37,552 bases of DNA from a virus. Taxonomy: Duplodnaviria > Caudoviricetes. A program made the position numbers and the translations under genes. The DNA is taken from positions 1-37,552 of the IMG/VR virus record IMGVR_UViG_3300020045_009033. One strand, written 5' to 3'. This document shows, one piece after another, positions 16,118 to 26,652 of the stretch (position 1 is the first letter of the stretch; each line of letters opens with the position of its first letter). The notes under the pieces are model-generated. The model made no database searches. It saw nothing but the letters and a program-made list of their open reading frames with translations, and was not told where the DNA came from.

Positions 16118-17390
16118 TGCGGTTTACTTTCTAAAAGATAAAATAACCAAAGAAATAATTTATGGTGGGGCAGCAGGAGGAGGAAAATCGGCAATTGGAT
16201 GTTTATGGTTAATTGAACAATGTCAAATGTATCCAGGCACTCGTTGGTTAATGGGTAGGTCAAAACTAAAAACCCTAAAAGAAACCACATTAAACACTTT
16301 TTTTGAACTCACTTCAAATCTTAAACTATCAAATCAATTCAATATTAATAATCAATCAGGGGTTATTTATTGGAACAATGGCAGCGAAATAATATTAAAA
16401 GACCTTTATCAATATCCAAGTGACCCAAACTTTGACAGTTTAGGTTCGTTAGAGATTACAGGGGCATTTGTTGATGAGTGCAATCAAATAAGTTATAAAG
16501 CGTGGCAAATTGTAACATCACGTATTCGTTACAAATTAAACGATTTTAATATAGTACCTAAAATATTAGGTACTTGTAACCCATCTAAAAACTGGGTGTA
16601 TTCTAAATTTTATATTCCATCTACAAACGGTACAATATCAAATAGTAGGCGATTTATTCAATCGTTGCCAACGGATAACCCGCACCTACACCCGTCTTAT
16701 TTAGAATCATTATTAGCGTTGGACGAGAATAGTAAAAGGCGTTTATACTATGGGGATTGGGCGTATGACAACGACCCATCTTCTTTAATATCATTTGACA
16801 AGATAAACGATGTTTTTACGAATGATTTTGTTATAGCTGGACAAATGTACATAAGTGCAGATATTGCCCGTTATGGAAGTGATAAAATGGTGATTTGCGT
16901 TTGGTCAGGATTTAGGGTAATTGAAATTTTTACTTTGGATAAATCAAGCATAACACAAACAGCCGAAGCAATAAAAGGTTTAGCCTTAAAGCATAAAGTG
17001 CCAAACTCAAATATAATCGCAGATGAAGATGGTGTAGGTGGCGGTGTGGTTGACGTATTGCAATGCAAAGGTTTTGTAAATAATTCTAGAGCATTGAAAG
17101 AGGAGAACCAGTTAATGGAATATCAAAACCTTAAAACTCAATGTTACTATAAATTGGCAGAAAAAATACAACGTAACGAAGTGTTTATAGATTGCAAAGA
17201 CGGATACACGCAAGATTTAATAACAAAGGAATTAGAACAGGTAAAAAGAGATAAAATAGATAGCGATGGTAAGCTAAGAATTATACAAAAAGAAAAAGTA
17301 AAAGAATTAATTGGACACTCTCCAGATTATACTGATGCTTTAATGATGAGATTATGGTTCGAACTATCGCCAAAGTTTTTCACGTTTTAA
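16092..17390 (+). CDS. terL: Terminase large subunit
   Basis: GGAAGGGKS, FVDEC, TCNP, ADIAR.GSD, HSPDYTDA. Confidence 0.95.
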   Translation: MELLPKQNNAVYFLKDKITKEIIYGGAAGGGKSAIGCLWLIEQCQMYPGTRWLMGRSKLKTLKETTLNTFFELTSNLKLSNQFNINNQSGVIYWNNGSEIILKDLYQYPSDPNFDSLGSLEITGAFVDECNQISYKAWQIVTSRIRYKLNDFNIVPKILGTCNPSKNWVYSKFYIPSTNGTISNSRRFIQSLPTDNPHLHPSYLESLLALDENSKRRLYYGDWAYDNDPSSLISFDKINDVFTNDFVIAGQMYISADIARYGSDKMVICVWSGFRVIEIFTLDKSSITQTAEAIKGLALKHKVPNSNIIADEDGVGGGVVDVLQCKGFVNNSRALKEENQLMEYQNLKTQCYYKLAEKIQRNEVFIDCKDGYTQDLITKELEQVKRDKIDSDGKLRIIQKEKVKELIGHSPDYTDALMMRLWFELSPKFFTF

Positions 17391-17403
17391 TAAAATAAAT
17401 TTA

Positions 17404-17411
17404 TATCTTTG
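17404..17411 (+). promoter_or_regulatory. -7 promoter element TATCTTTG before the portal gene
   Basis: Consensus match; equivalent motifs occur at 19557, 21443 and 33961. Confidence 0.5.
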
Positions 17412-17427
17412 ATAAAAATTCACTATA

Positions 17428-18804
17428 ATGGCAAAAAATAGATTACAGATAGCGTGGAATGTTCTAACTAGTCCAAATAAAAACTATTTTAACGAGGCTT
17501 TATATAAAATGATTGGGGGACAAACTCAAACATACAACCCAACACTTGAAACGCTTATAACAAAAGGTTATGGAGATAACCCAGATGTTAACGCAATTGT
17601 TAATCAAATGGCATCTAAAACCACATCTATTCCTTTTTGCATTAAGAAAGTGGACGATAAGGAATCTTTAAAGAAATTGAAAAGATATCCTATAAACACT
17701 ACTTTTCAACAGAAAAGAGAAATAAAAAAACTGGAATCAAAAACCTACAAAACCGATTCCGAAATGCCGATGCCATTAGAGCGGCCTAATCCCATTCAAA
17801 CTTGGTCAGACATAATGTTTTTATACAAAGTTTTTTTGAAAGTTTGCGGAAACGTTTATTTGTATAAAATGTTTCCTTTGGATGGAATGAATGCAGGCCA
17901 ACCAATGCAATTGTATATTTTACCCTCTCATTGGGTACAGATTGTTTTAAAAGGAAATTCAAATATTTTAGGGCTTGAAAATCCAATTGATTACTACATA
18001 ATGGAACAAGGAAATCAATTTGTTAAGTTCGATGTTGAGAACATAATTCACATTAAACGAGCTAATCCATTCCATAATCAAAGCGGCTCACATTTATATG
18101 GATACAGCGAATTAATGGCGGCTATTCGCAATATAAGTAGTTCTAATAATGCAATTGACAACAATGGAAAAACAATGCTCAATAGTGGTGTTTATGGATT
18201 TATTCACGCAGGCGATGGGGCAACACCATTAACAGCAGAACAAGCGCAGTCTTTAAAAGAGAGATTGGTCGATATGGATAATTCGAGCGACAAACTTTCT
18301 AATATTGCAGGAGCATCTGGCAAACTTGGATTTACACGAATTTCATTGACTACAGACGAATTAAAACCTTTTGACTATCTTAGTTACGATAGACGTACTC
18401 TTTGCAATTGTCTTAACTGGCCAATAGATTTATTGAACGAGGAAAGAAGCGGTACAGGATTCGGAGTTGATGGAGTTGTTGAAGCACGTAAACGAGCTAT
18501 TACTGACAACATTAAACCTGATTTAGATTTGTTTGCATCATCATTTAATAAAGAGTTCATACAAAAATTCAAAGGATATGAAGATGCTGAATTAGATTTT
18601 GATATTACTGAATTGCCAGAAATGCAAACAGATATGGAAACAATGTCTAAATGGGTTAATTCTGTACCACTTACTTTGAATGAACGTAGGGAAATATTCA
18701 ACTATGAAGAGATTGACGACGAAATGATGAATGAAATCTATATACCGACAGGAATTATAAATATTAATGATCCATCCGTTAACGATATGCAACAAAATGG
18801 ATAA
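17428..18804 (+). CDS. Portal protein (HK97 family)
   Basis: LERPNP.QT, GNVY, LYILP, IIHIK, G.S motifs; position after terL. Confidence 0.9.
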   Translation: MAKNRLQIAWNVLTSPNKNYFNEALYKMIGGQTQTYNPTLETLITKGYGDNPDVNAIVNQMASKTTSIPFCIKKVDDKESLKKLKRYPINTTFQQKREIKKLESKTYKTDSEMPMPLERPNPIQTWSDIMFLYKVFLKVCGNVYLYKMFPLDGMNAGQPMQLYILPSHWVQIVLKGNSNILGLENPIDYYIMEQGNQFVKFDVENIIHIKRANPFHNQSGSHLYGYSELMAAIRNISSSNNAIDNNGKTMLNSGVYGFIHAGDGATPLTAEQAQSLKERLVDMDNSSDKLSNIAGASGKLGFTRISLTTDELKPFDYLSYDRRTLCNCLNWPIDLLNEERSGTGFGVDGVVEARKRAITDNIKPDLDLFASSFNKEFIQKFKGYEDAELDFDITELPEMQTDMETMSKWVNSVPLTLNERREIFNYEEIDDEMMNEIYIPTGIININDPSVNDMQQNG

Positions 18805-19522
18805 GCTTAGACAAAGACAAGAAATACAAGCCTATAGAATAGTTAGGCGTAATGTTTTGAAGATTGTTAATAACATTCCATTTAACAATATGTCTAAATT
18901 GACTTATGAATATTTGATTAATGCAAATGTAACCGTTGAACAAATCAAAGCAATGTATAACGAAATATATGTTACTTTAGGAAAACCGCATTATAAAAGA
19001 ATACAAAAAAGCATTAAAGCCGAAATAGATTTTGAAAGCATCATAAGTACTTGGTTAAATCAAAATGCAGGATTAAGGATTATTTCAGTTCACGCCACAC
19101 TGATTGAAAGTATTGTCAAGGTAATTGCAGATGGTTACGAAAAAAATTTATCCGTTGCTGATATAACACGTAATTTACAACGTCAATTTGGATGGTATAA
19201 GGCACAAGCATTGAGAATAGCAAGAACAGAAACCACAACGGCCACAAATGCCGCAACTGTTATGGCTGCTCAAAGTTCAAGTTTGGTTTTAGAAAAGACT
19301 TGGGTATCTGTTCAAGACAACAGAACACGACGAAAAATATATGACCATTTGGATATGAACGGTCAAAAGGTAGATGAATTTGCACCGTTTTTCGTTGGTG
19401 GCGAGAATTTGGAGTATCCGGGTGACCCAAAAGGAAGCGCAGGGAATACAATTAATTGCCGATGTAAAGTTGTATTTACTGTTAAGCTAGATGAGAATGG
19501 TAGACCAATAAGAAAAAAATAA
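18797..19522 (+). CDS. Head morphogenesis/minor head protein (SPP1 gp7/Mu F-like)
   Basis: RIARTET, KTW....D.RTR...H, YPGDP, INCRC. Confidence 0.9.
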   Translation: MDKLRQRQEIQAYRIVRRNVLKIVNNIPFNNMSKLTYEYLINANVTVEQIKAMYNEIYVTLGKPHYKRIQKSIKAEIDFESIISTWLNQNAGLRIISVHATLIESIVKVIADGYEKNLSVADITRNLQRQFGWYKAQALRIARTETTTATNAATVMAAQSSSLVLEKTWVSVQDNRTRRKIYDHLDMNGQKVDEFAPFFVGGENLEYPGDPKGSAGNTINCRCKVVFTVKLDENGRPIRKK

Positions 19523-19568
19523 TTCATCTATTTAGACTAAATTAAAATAATATTAATATATTTGTGTT

Positions 19569-20228
19569 ATGGAATTCAAACAATTATCATACGATTTAAA
19601 AGAATTAGACGAAACTAAAGGCGTTGTAGCCGCTTATGCTAATGTTTATAACTTCAAAGATAGCGATGGAGATATAAGCGCTTTTGGCTCATTTGACAAG
19701 ACAATAAGCGAAAACTTTAAACGTATTCGTGTGCTTAAAGACCATAATCCTACAATGATGATTGGAGTGCCTTTATCAATCGACACTAAAGACGCTTATG
19801 GACTTTTGACTACTTCACAATTTAATATGAATAAACCTTTAGGTAAAGATATGTTTACTGATGTAAAGTTAATGCACGATTCAGGATTGAACGCTGAATT
19901 AAGCATAGGTTACAAAGTCATTCAAAGAGACCAAAAAAACAAATCCATTATTCAGGAATATAAATTAATGGAATATTCGTTTTTATCTTCTTGGGGCGCA
20001 AATCAACTATCAACAGTACAAGACATTAAATCGATTAAAAGCCATTACGGTATAATGGAGTTAATCGAAAAATCATATAATTTGGATTATTCAGACGATA
20101 GATTAAGACAAATTGAAACCTTATTAAAAGCACTTACCGATGAGCCGTCAGAAACTGACACTTTGATAAATGAGCCGCTTACATTGGAAACTTTAAAATC
20201 ATTTACAAACTCATTAAAAATCAAATAA
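19569..20228 (+). CDS. HK97-type prohead protease
   Basis: DSDGD, DH, LSIGY, LMEYS, GAN. Confidence 0.9.
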   Translation: MEFKQLSYDLKELDETKGVVAAYANVYNFKDSDGDISAFGSFDKTISENFKRIRVLKDHNPTMMIGVPLSIDTKDAYGLLTTSQFNMNKPLGKDMFTDVKLMHDSGLNAELSIGYKVIQRDQKNKSIIQEYKLMEYSFLSSWGANQLSTVQDIKSIKSHYGIMELIEKSYNLDYSDDRLRQIETLLKALTDEPSETDTLINEPLTLETLKSFTNSLKIK

Positions 20229-20229
20229 G

Positions 20230-21387
20230 ATGGACGAAAAATTATTAGCCGAATTGGCAAACATTAAAAGCGGCTTGGAAACAAAAACAGCCGCAGAAGT
20301 AAAAAGCGCAATCGATGCGTTTGAAACTAAATTATCAACATCCAACAAAAACCAATTCGAAGCTGAATTGAAAGCTGTTACTGATGCAATGGAATTGAAA
20401 TTGCAAGCTGTTCAAGCACACGCAGACAAACTTGACATTAAATTGCAAGAAAAAGGAAGTCAAACAAAAGAAGATGGATACAACAAAAGAATGGAGAAAT
20501 CTATTACTGACAACTTTGAGCAAATCAAAGAAGTTCGTAAAGGAAACGCCATACAAGTTAAAGCCGTTGGCGACATGACATTAGGCGTTAACCTAACTGG
20601 TGCGCAACCTAAAGACTACAACCTTGATGTTGTAATGATTCCGGGTCAAATGGTAAACGTTGCTGACCTTGTTGGAAGTGTAAACATTGAAGGTGGTACT
20701 TATACATTCCCAAGAGAGGGGGCGGGAGAGGGTTCTATTGCAACTCAAACAGAAGGCTCTTCTAAATCTCAAAGAGATTACGATTTCACAATGGTTGACG
20801 TGAACACTGACTTTGTTGCTGGTTTCACTCGTTACTCCAAAAAAATGGCAAACAATTTGCCTTTCTTGACTTCGTTTATTCCTAAAGCGTTGAGACGTGA
20901 TTATTTCATTGCAGAAAATGCCGCATTTAACACCGTGTTAGCTGCTGCTGCAACTGCTTCAACTGAAATTATCACAGGAAAAAACAAAATCGAGATGTTG
21001 ATTAATGAAATCGCAAAACAAGAAAATGCAAACTTTCCTGTTAACGGTATCGTTGTCAGACCATCTGATTACTGGGACATATTGAAAACAGAGAAATCAA
21101 CAGGTGCAGGTTATGGTTTGCCGGGCGTTGTTACTTTTGACGGTGGTCAATTGAGAATCAACGGAATCGCAATTTACAAAGCGACTTGGTTAACCGCAAA
21201 CAAGTATTTTGTTGGGGATTGGTCAAGAGTGAACAAAGTTAATACTCAGGGTTTGTCTTTGGAATTTAGCGAAGTTGAAGGTACCAACTTTGTGAAAAAC
21301 AACATTACGGCACGTATTGAAAGCCAAACAGCTTTAGCGGTAGAACAACCTGCTGCTTTGGTTTACGGAGATTTTACCGCAGTCTAA
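20230..21387 (+). CDS. Major capsid protein (HK97 fold with N-terminal delta domain)
   Basis: Coiled-coil N-terminus; EG..K, VGDWS, F.KN.I.AR.E, QPAALVYG. Confidence 0.92.
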   Translation: MDEKLLAELANIKSGLETKTAAEVKSAIDAFETKLSTSNKNQFEAELKAVTDAMELKLQAVQAHADKLDIKLQEKGSQTKEDGYNKRMEKSITDNFEQIKEVRKGNAIQVKAVGDMTLGVNLTGAQPKDYNLDVVMIPGQMVNVADLVGSVNIEGGTYTFPREGAGEGSIATQTEGSSKSQRDYDFTMVDVNTDFVAGFTRYSKKMANNLPFLTSFIPKALRRDYFIAENAAFNTVLAAAATASTEIITGKNKIEMLINEIAKQENANFPVNGIVVRPSDYWDILKTEKSTGAGYGLPGVVTFDGGQLRINGIAIYKATWLTANKYFVGDWSRVNKVNTQGLSLEFSEVEGTNFVKNNITARIESQTALAVEQPAALVYGDFTAV

Positions 21388-21407
21388 CCTAAAATGAAAG
21401 GAGAATT

Positions 21408-21440
21408 AAACCGATACATTAATTTGTATCGGTTTTTTTT
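21408..21440 (+). terminator. Intrinsic terminator after the capsid gene
   Basis: AAACCGATACA-TTAATT-TGTATCGGTTT followed by a T run. Confidence 0.85.
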
Positions 21441-21472
21441 TATATCTTTGAATAATATAAAAAATAAATGTT

Positions 21473-21616
21473 ATGAAATACGAAGTTTTAAAACCATTTT
21501 TTAAATTGTCAGAACAGAAAAATTATGAAATAAGTTCTGTAATTGAGCTATCGAAAGAAGATGCTGCCGATATGGTGAAATATGATTTAGTTAAAGAAAT
21601 CAAAACTAAAAAATAA
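21473..21616 (+). CDS. 47-aa small head-associated protein (not in ORF track)
   Basis: MKYEVLKPFFKLSEQKNYEISSVIELSKEDAADMVKYDLVKEIK; typical post-capsid position; TAATG coupling. Confidence 0.65.
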   Translation: MKYEVLKPFFKLSEQKNYEISSVIELSKEDAADMVKYDLVKEIKTKK

Positions 21617-22077
21617 TGACCACTTATTTAGACGTTATATCATTGGAAAAAGCTAAATTATACTTGAAAATCGATACGCTTCAAACCGAAACGGACAACG
21701 AAATTACAAGTATGATTAATAGCTCTTTGTCGTTTATCGAGAAGCGAACGCATCATATTTTTAAGACTAGAAATAAAGTATATTATAAAGATTGTTCTTT
21801 AGTTCAACAAGTGAAAGTTTATGACTATCCTATTGACAATACAGTTACTTTATTAGATATACAATATAGAACGTTATACGCTATTGTTCCAACGGTAAAC
21901 GATACGGTTACTTTAACAATTGGATACACTTCTTTAGATGATATTCCGAGTGAATTAATCGATGCCGCTTTACAAATCATTAAAGTATGGTTTTACGAAA
22001 GCGAGAAACAGGAAAATACATCATTGATACCTTTATCAGTATTGCAAGCAATTGACACTAATAGACGATTTATATGA
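21616..22077 (+). CDS. Head-tail connector (HK97 gp6-like)
   Basis: ISLEKAKLYLKID...IP..L..A.L......YE. Confidence 0.85.
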   Translation: MTTYLDVISLEKAKLYLKIDTLQTETDNEITSMINSSLSFIEKRTHHIFKTRNKVYYKDCSLVQQVKVYDYPIDNTVTLLDIQYRTLYAIVPTVNDTVTLTIGYTSLDDIPSELIDAALQIIKVWFYESEKQENTSLIPLSVLQAIDTNRRFI

Positions 22078-22400
22078 TAGCCAGAAAATACACAAAAGCA
22101 ATAGGAATATGGAAAACTACAACCGTTCCAGATGGATACGGAGGCAATACTGTAACCACTGCTTTGGTATATTCTGTATGGGCAAATGTAGAAACAAAAA
22201 GAGCGTATAGAACAAACGAAAATGGACAGAATGATAACTTTGTTCAAACTATATTTACTGTTAGAAATCGCTATGATATTGCTTTAAGTATTGAAGATAA
22301 TTTCATTAAATACAACGGTTTAATTTATAATATCGATTCTATTTTAAACACAGATTTAAACAATATTGATATTGAAATCTATGGAACTCAAAGACTTTAA
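22074..22400 (+). CDS. Head closure / head-tail adaptor
   Basis: DGYGG, VWANV, YNG.IYNI.SI; synteny. Confidence 0.8.
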   Translation: MIARKYTKAIGIWKTTTVPDGYGGNTVTTALVYSVWANVETKRAYRTNENGQNDNFVQTIFTVRNRYDIALSIEDNFIKYNGLIYNIDSILNTDLNNIDIEIYGTQRL

Positions 22401-22809
22401 TAAAGTTGTTGCTAATCTAAAAAAGTACGGCAAAGAAGCGGAAAGAGATATTGAAGATGCTACTCAGGTAGCTGCAAGAAATATTGAACTTTATGCAAAA
22501 AGTACTGTTGTTGCAAATTTTGGTAAATTAGGACAATCAATACAAGCTAAACAAGAAGATAAAACACATTGGACAATTGAAGCAGGTGGTACAGTTGCAC
22601 CATACGCCGCTTATGTTGAATTTGGAACAGGTGGTTTAGTTCAAGTGCCAAACGAATTAAAAGAGCAGGCTTGGTTATTTAAAGGAAAAGGAATAAAAGA
22701 GGTTAATTTAAAAGCAAGACCTTATCTTTATCCATCATTATTAAGAGGGCGCAAAGAATATTTAAAAGCATTAAAAGACTTATTAAAAGAATATGGTAAA
22801 TCCAAATAA
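22381..22809 (+). CDS. HK97 gp10-like neck/tail-completion protein
   Basis: YAAYVEFGTG and ARPYLYP. Confidence 0.85.
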   Translation: MELKDFNKVVANLKKYGKEAERDIEDATQVAARNIELYAKSTVVANFGKLGQSIQAKQEDKTHWTIEAGGTVAPYAAYVEFGTGGLVQVPNELKEQAWLFKGKGIKEVNLKARPYLYPSLLRGRKEYLKALKDLLKEYGKSK

Positions 22810-23194
22810 ATACATTCGAAAGGCTATTTACGATGCCGTAAATTCGACTTATCCGTGCTTTGATACACAAGTGACAGGAAATCTAAATCCTACGCAATAC
22901 GTCATTATATCAACACAAGACAAAGAGGATATTAATGCAAATAAATGCGGTCACAGATGGGAAGTTGCAACATTATTGGATTTGGTTTGCATTTACAATG
23001 GTGCTGGTAACGTAGGTAGCCGAGTTGCCAACGACGATATGGAAAACACTGTTTTAGGATTAATTGCAAACATTCAAATATCAGGATTTACGGTTATAAA
23101 TCGTGTTTATGAATTTCCATCTAATTTAGACACAAGTACCTCAACTCAAACGGTATATCGAAATTTTATACGTTTAGTGCTAACATTGGAATAA
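22793..23194 (+). CDS. Tail terminator-like protein
   Basis: Synteny and size. Confidence 0.6.
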   Translation: MVNPNKYIRKAIYDAVNSTYPCFDTQVTGNLNPTQYVIISTQDKEDINANKCGHRWEVATLLDLVCIYNGAGNVGSRVANDDMENTVLGLIANIQISGFTVINRVYEFPSNLDTSTSTQTVYRNFIRLVLTLE

Positions 23195-23231
23195 ATTAAT
23201 TATATTTACATAAAATTTAAAACTTACTATT

Positions 23232-23675
23232 ATGAGTATCAAAGGCGAAAAAGGAATTATCTACATTTATACAGGTTCGGCCTATAAGCCAGTAGCTTGT
23301 CTAACTTCAAACAGTTTAAATACAACTGTTTCAATGATTGAAAGTCAAACAAAATGTTATCCGGGTGTTGTTAAAAAAACAGCAGGTTCATTTAGCTATA
23401 CAATCGATGCAGAGGGGGAATATATCGATACCACAACTGTTGGAGGCGATACGGCAAAACAATCTCACGATGCTTTATTTTTGTTACAACAAGCTAAAAC
23501 AAAAGTTGATTGGAAACTTGATACAAATATTGACGATGCAACATCTGTTAAATATTTTGGGAGTGGATATTTAACTGATTTGAGCGCAACTTTTGGAAGT
23601 GGTGACGAAGTTACAACATTTAGCACAACCATTGACGGAGACGGAGCAATTGTATTAACCGATCCTCACGCCTGA
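23232..23675 (+). CDS. Major tail tube protein
   Basis: Synteny; beta-rich; G.GYLTDL...TFS.TIDG.G. Confidence 0.8.
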   Translation: MSIKGEKGIIYIYTGSAYKPVACLTSNSLNTTVSMIESQTKCYPGVVKKTAGSFSYTIDAEGEYIDTTTVGGDTAKQSHDALFLLQQAKTKVDWKLDTNIDDATSVKYFGSGYLTDLSATFGSGDEVTTFSTTIDGDGAIVLTDPHA

Positions 23676-23733
23676 ACTAGCGTTTTCAATAATGTTTTTA
23701 GCAGTGAATTTGCTTAACCTTAAATAAAATAAA

Positions 23734-24165
23734 ATGACAAATACAGCATTAAAGGCGCAGATTGACAGCCAAATTACAAATGAAACTACACCAGCAGGGA
23801 TAACTCCTACCGATGTTGGAACTAATTTAAAAGCCGTTGTTGATTATGTTGACCAACAAGTGCCTACAAAAGTTTCTCAACAAGTAACAGCTAAAGACTC
23901 ATCTCCAAATGATATAAAAAATATTGATTTTATAAGGCTTAATGCTACTGGGGACTATCAAGAGATTGTTTTATCTGGTACACATCTAATTGGTAGAGAA
24001 TATTATATAAAAAACACTACGGCATTTATAGTAACATTAGTAGGAACTACTGAAAATATAAATGGTAACGGAACTTTAAATATATTACCAAATACTTATT
24101 GGCATTTGATAAAAGAGGATGGAGGAACTAATAGTATAACTGCTTTTAAATTAAGCTTAATTTAA
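23734..24165 (+). CDS. Putative tail decoration/structural protein
   Basis: Lies between the tail tube and chaperone genes; helical N-terminus plus a beta-rich domain. Confidence 0.5.
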   Translation: MTNTALKAQIDSQITNETTPAGITPTDVGTNLKAVVDYVDQQVPTKVSQQVTAKDSSPNDIKNIDFIRLNATGDYQEIVLSGTHLIGREYYIKNTTAFIVTLVGTTENINGNGTLNILPNTYWHLIKEDGGTNSITAFKLSLI

Positions 24166-24167
24166 TT

Positions 24168-24524
24168 ATGAAAAAAATAAACTTATTTATAGGCAATGAA
24201 TACAGAGATTTCTATTTTGGCCTTGGTTTTTTGGGGAATCTTTTGGAAAAAGAGGGGTTAATGGTTCATCAAATTGATGAAAAAATTAAAGAAAATCCAT
24301 TCAAATGGGTACCTTTGATTATGTTTTATTCAGCAACATTTGCATATACACGTAAAAATGAAAATGCTCCCTTTGATGCTTTTGATGTTTCGGAATGGAT
24401 TGATGGTTTAGAACCAAACAGTACTGTAATTGTTGATTTCTTTGAAGCATTTAGAAATTCTTTACAAAAAGACGTACCGATGCAGCCAGAAGAACAAACT
24501 AAAAAAAAAGTGACGAAAAAATAA
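24168..24524 (+). CDS. Tail assembly chaperone (G-like)
   Basis: Synteny; ends in A-rich slippery runs. Confidence 0.7.
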   Translation: MKKINLFIGNEYRDFYFGLGFLGNLLEKEGLMVHQIDEKIKENPFKWVPLIMFYSATFAYTRKNENAPFDAFDVSEWIDGLEPNSTVIVDFFEAFRNSLQKDVPMQPEEQTKKKVTKK

Positions 24525-24844
24525 ACTGGAGCGAAGATGTGATTTCGTTCGCTTTGGGAGAGCTTAAATGTCCTGATTTGAATTTCGTTTACGATATGAC
24601 GTGGGCAGAATTTCAAATCAGGCTTTTTTCGTATAAAAGACAGGATTTATACAAATGGCAAATGTTGAGAGAGATGATGTGGACAAGTTATATTGCACCT
24701 CATCAAGACCCTAAAAAAATGGTAAAAAGAAAAGAAAGTTTCTTACCTTTGAAAGGAGATAAAAAAGCGATAGCAAGCGTTACCCAAGAGCATAAAGATA
24801 ATTTTATAAAAGCATTCCAAAAATGGCAACAGGAAACAAGTTAG
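24503..24844 (+). CDS. Tail assembly chaperone extension (GT-like), reached by -1 frameshift
   Basis: The -1 frame is open from 24503 (KKSDEKINWSEDVISF...); A9 run at 24501-24509. Confidence 0.65.
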   Translation, partial: KKSDEKINWSEDVISFALGELKCPDLNFVYDMTWAEFQIRLFSYKRQDLYKWQMLREMMWTSYIAPHQDPKKMVKRKESFLPLKGDKKAIASVTQEHKDNFIKAFQKWQQETS

Positions 24845-26652
24845 AAGTAGGTATAGGAGCTGATATTTCAGAATTAAAAGCAGGAATTACCGAAGCCGTA
24901 ATAGCTTTAGAAAAATTACGTCAACAAAAATCTGCTAATTTAAAAGTTGGATTAGACGTTTCTGCTTTAAACATTCAAATAGCTTCAGCAAAAGAAAAAC
25001 TTGCTAGCTTACAAAAACAGGCTTCTGCTACTGCTCCAGCAATGGATAAACTTGGTAAAAGCACAGCAAATGGATCAAATGCTCTTATGCAGTTTTCAAG
25101 AATAGCACAAGATGCCCCATATGGTATTATTGGTATTGGAAATAACATCACGGCAACCGTTGAAAGTTTTGGTTACTTAAAGAATGCGACAGGCTCAACG
25201 GGTGGAGCATTGAAAGCGTTGGCAGGCTCTTTAATGGGAAGTGGAGGGATTTTATTAGGTGTTTCTTTGCTTACAACAGGATTGACACTTATGGCTCAAA
25301 GTGGATTGAGTGTTAGCGATGTTATAGACAAAATGACAGGGAAATTTGATGAGTCAAAAGCAGCTATTAAACAACTAAACGAAGAAGCTGTAAAAAATGC
25401 ACAAGGCCAAGTTTCGCAAATGAATGCTTATGTATCCGTTGCTGAAAATGTTAATTTATCAATGAAAGATAGATTGATAGCTGTAAAAAAACTACAAGAT
25501 GAATACCCTGCTTATTTTGGTAATTTAACAAAAGAGCAAATACTTAACGGAAATGTAGAAAGTGCAGTAAAACAAGTCACTTCTGCATTAATAGCAAAAG
25601 CCAAAGCAGCAGCGTTAACTGACAGAATTGTAAAATTAGCCACAGAAGAAGAAAGCATAAATGGAAAAATAGAAGATTCAATATCTTCTATGATTAAATT
25701 TTACAAATTATCTGGTCAGGAAGCTATAAATTTTAGAGCCGTTTTGTCAAAACAACTAAAAGGGGAAATAGATTTAGTTGATATTTTGGAAAAAGGAAAC
25801 GCTCAAAGTTTAACAACTGCGGGCAAACAAGCCTTGTCGGCTTTTCAATATTCCAACACATTAAAAGGTTTATCTAAAGAATTACAGTCAAATAAAAAAA
25901 ACCAAGACAATCTAACCGATAGTTTAAATACGCAAACAGCGGCATATATTAAGTTAGAAACAGCTAAACCAAATACAACAAAACCAAAAGCGGCTAAAAC
26001 ATTTGATACACCACAGGTGTCAGGATTGCAAAGTTTTATTACCCCTTTAGAATTAACTCCAATCATTGATACTTCAAAAATAAGCACATCGATGAAAGGA
26101 ATTGCTACTATTATATCTACTGAATCTTTAGCTGCGCAAGAATCTTTGTATAAATTTAATGAAGATATTAGCGCAATAATAAGCGATAATTTAACATCTA
26201 CTTTTGCTAATTTAGGTTCTATAATAGGAAACGCTATGGCTTCTGGTGGAAATGTTTTAGAGGCTGCAGGAAAGGGGTTATTAAGTAGTTTGGGCGGTAT
26301 TTTAATTGAATTAGGAAAAATGGCAATTGCTACCGGGGTAGGTATTTTGGGAATAAAAACGGCTTTAAAAACATTAAATCCAGTAGCGGCAATTGCGGCT
26401 GGAGTTGCTTTAGTTGCTTTAGGATCTATAGTATCTGCAAAAGCAAATAGTTTAGGCAGCTCTATGGGTAGCGGTGGGTCAACATCATCCTCAACAGGGT
26501 CAAATGCAAACACAAACGTATCTTCAACATCTGGAGGTGGTTTTAGCTCAGGAAGTGGAGGGACTGTGGTGTTTGAAATAGCAGGTACGTCATTAATAGG
26601 TGTACTAAACAATACAACAGATAGAAACTTAAGGATAGGAGGAAGAACATAA
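24823..26652 (+). CDS. Tape measure protein
   Basis: Ala/Gly-rich helical 609-aa protein after the chaperones. Confidence 0.85.
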   Translation: MATGNKLEVGIGADISELKAGITEAVIALEKLRQQKSANLKVGLDVSALNIQIASAKEKLASLQKQASATAPAMDKLGKSTANGSNALMQFSRIAQDAPYGIIGIGNNITATVESFGYLKNATGSTGGALKALAGSLMGSGGILLGVSLLTTGLTLMAQSGLSVSDVIDKMTGKFDESKAAIKQLNEEAVKNAQGQVSQMNAYVSVAENVNLSMKDRLIAVKKLQDEYPAYFGNLTKEQILNGNVESAVKQVTSALIAKAKAAALTDRIVKLATEEESINGKIEDSISSMIKFYKLSGQEAINFRAVLSKQLKGEIDLVDILEKGNAQSLTTAGKQALSAFQYSNTLKGLSKELQSNKKNQDNLTDSLNTQTAAYIKLETAKPNTTKPKAAKTFDTPQVSGLQSFITPLELTPIIDTSKISTSMKGIATIISTESLAAQESLYKFNEDISAIISDNLTSTFANLGSIIGNAMASGGNVLEAAGKGLLSSLGGILIELGKMAIATGVGILGIKTALKTLNPVAAIAAGVALVALGSIVSAKANSLGSSMGSGGSTSSSTGSNANTNVSSTSGGGFSSGSGGTVVFEIAGTSLIGVLNNTTDRNLRIGGRT

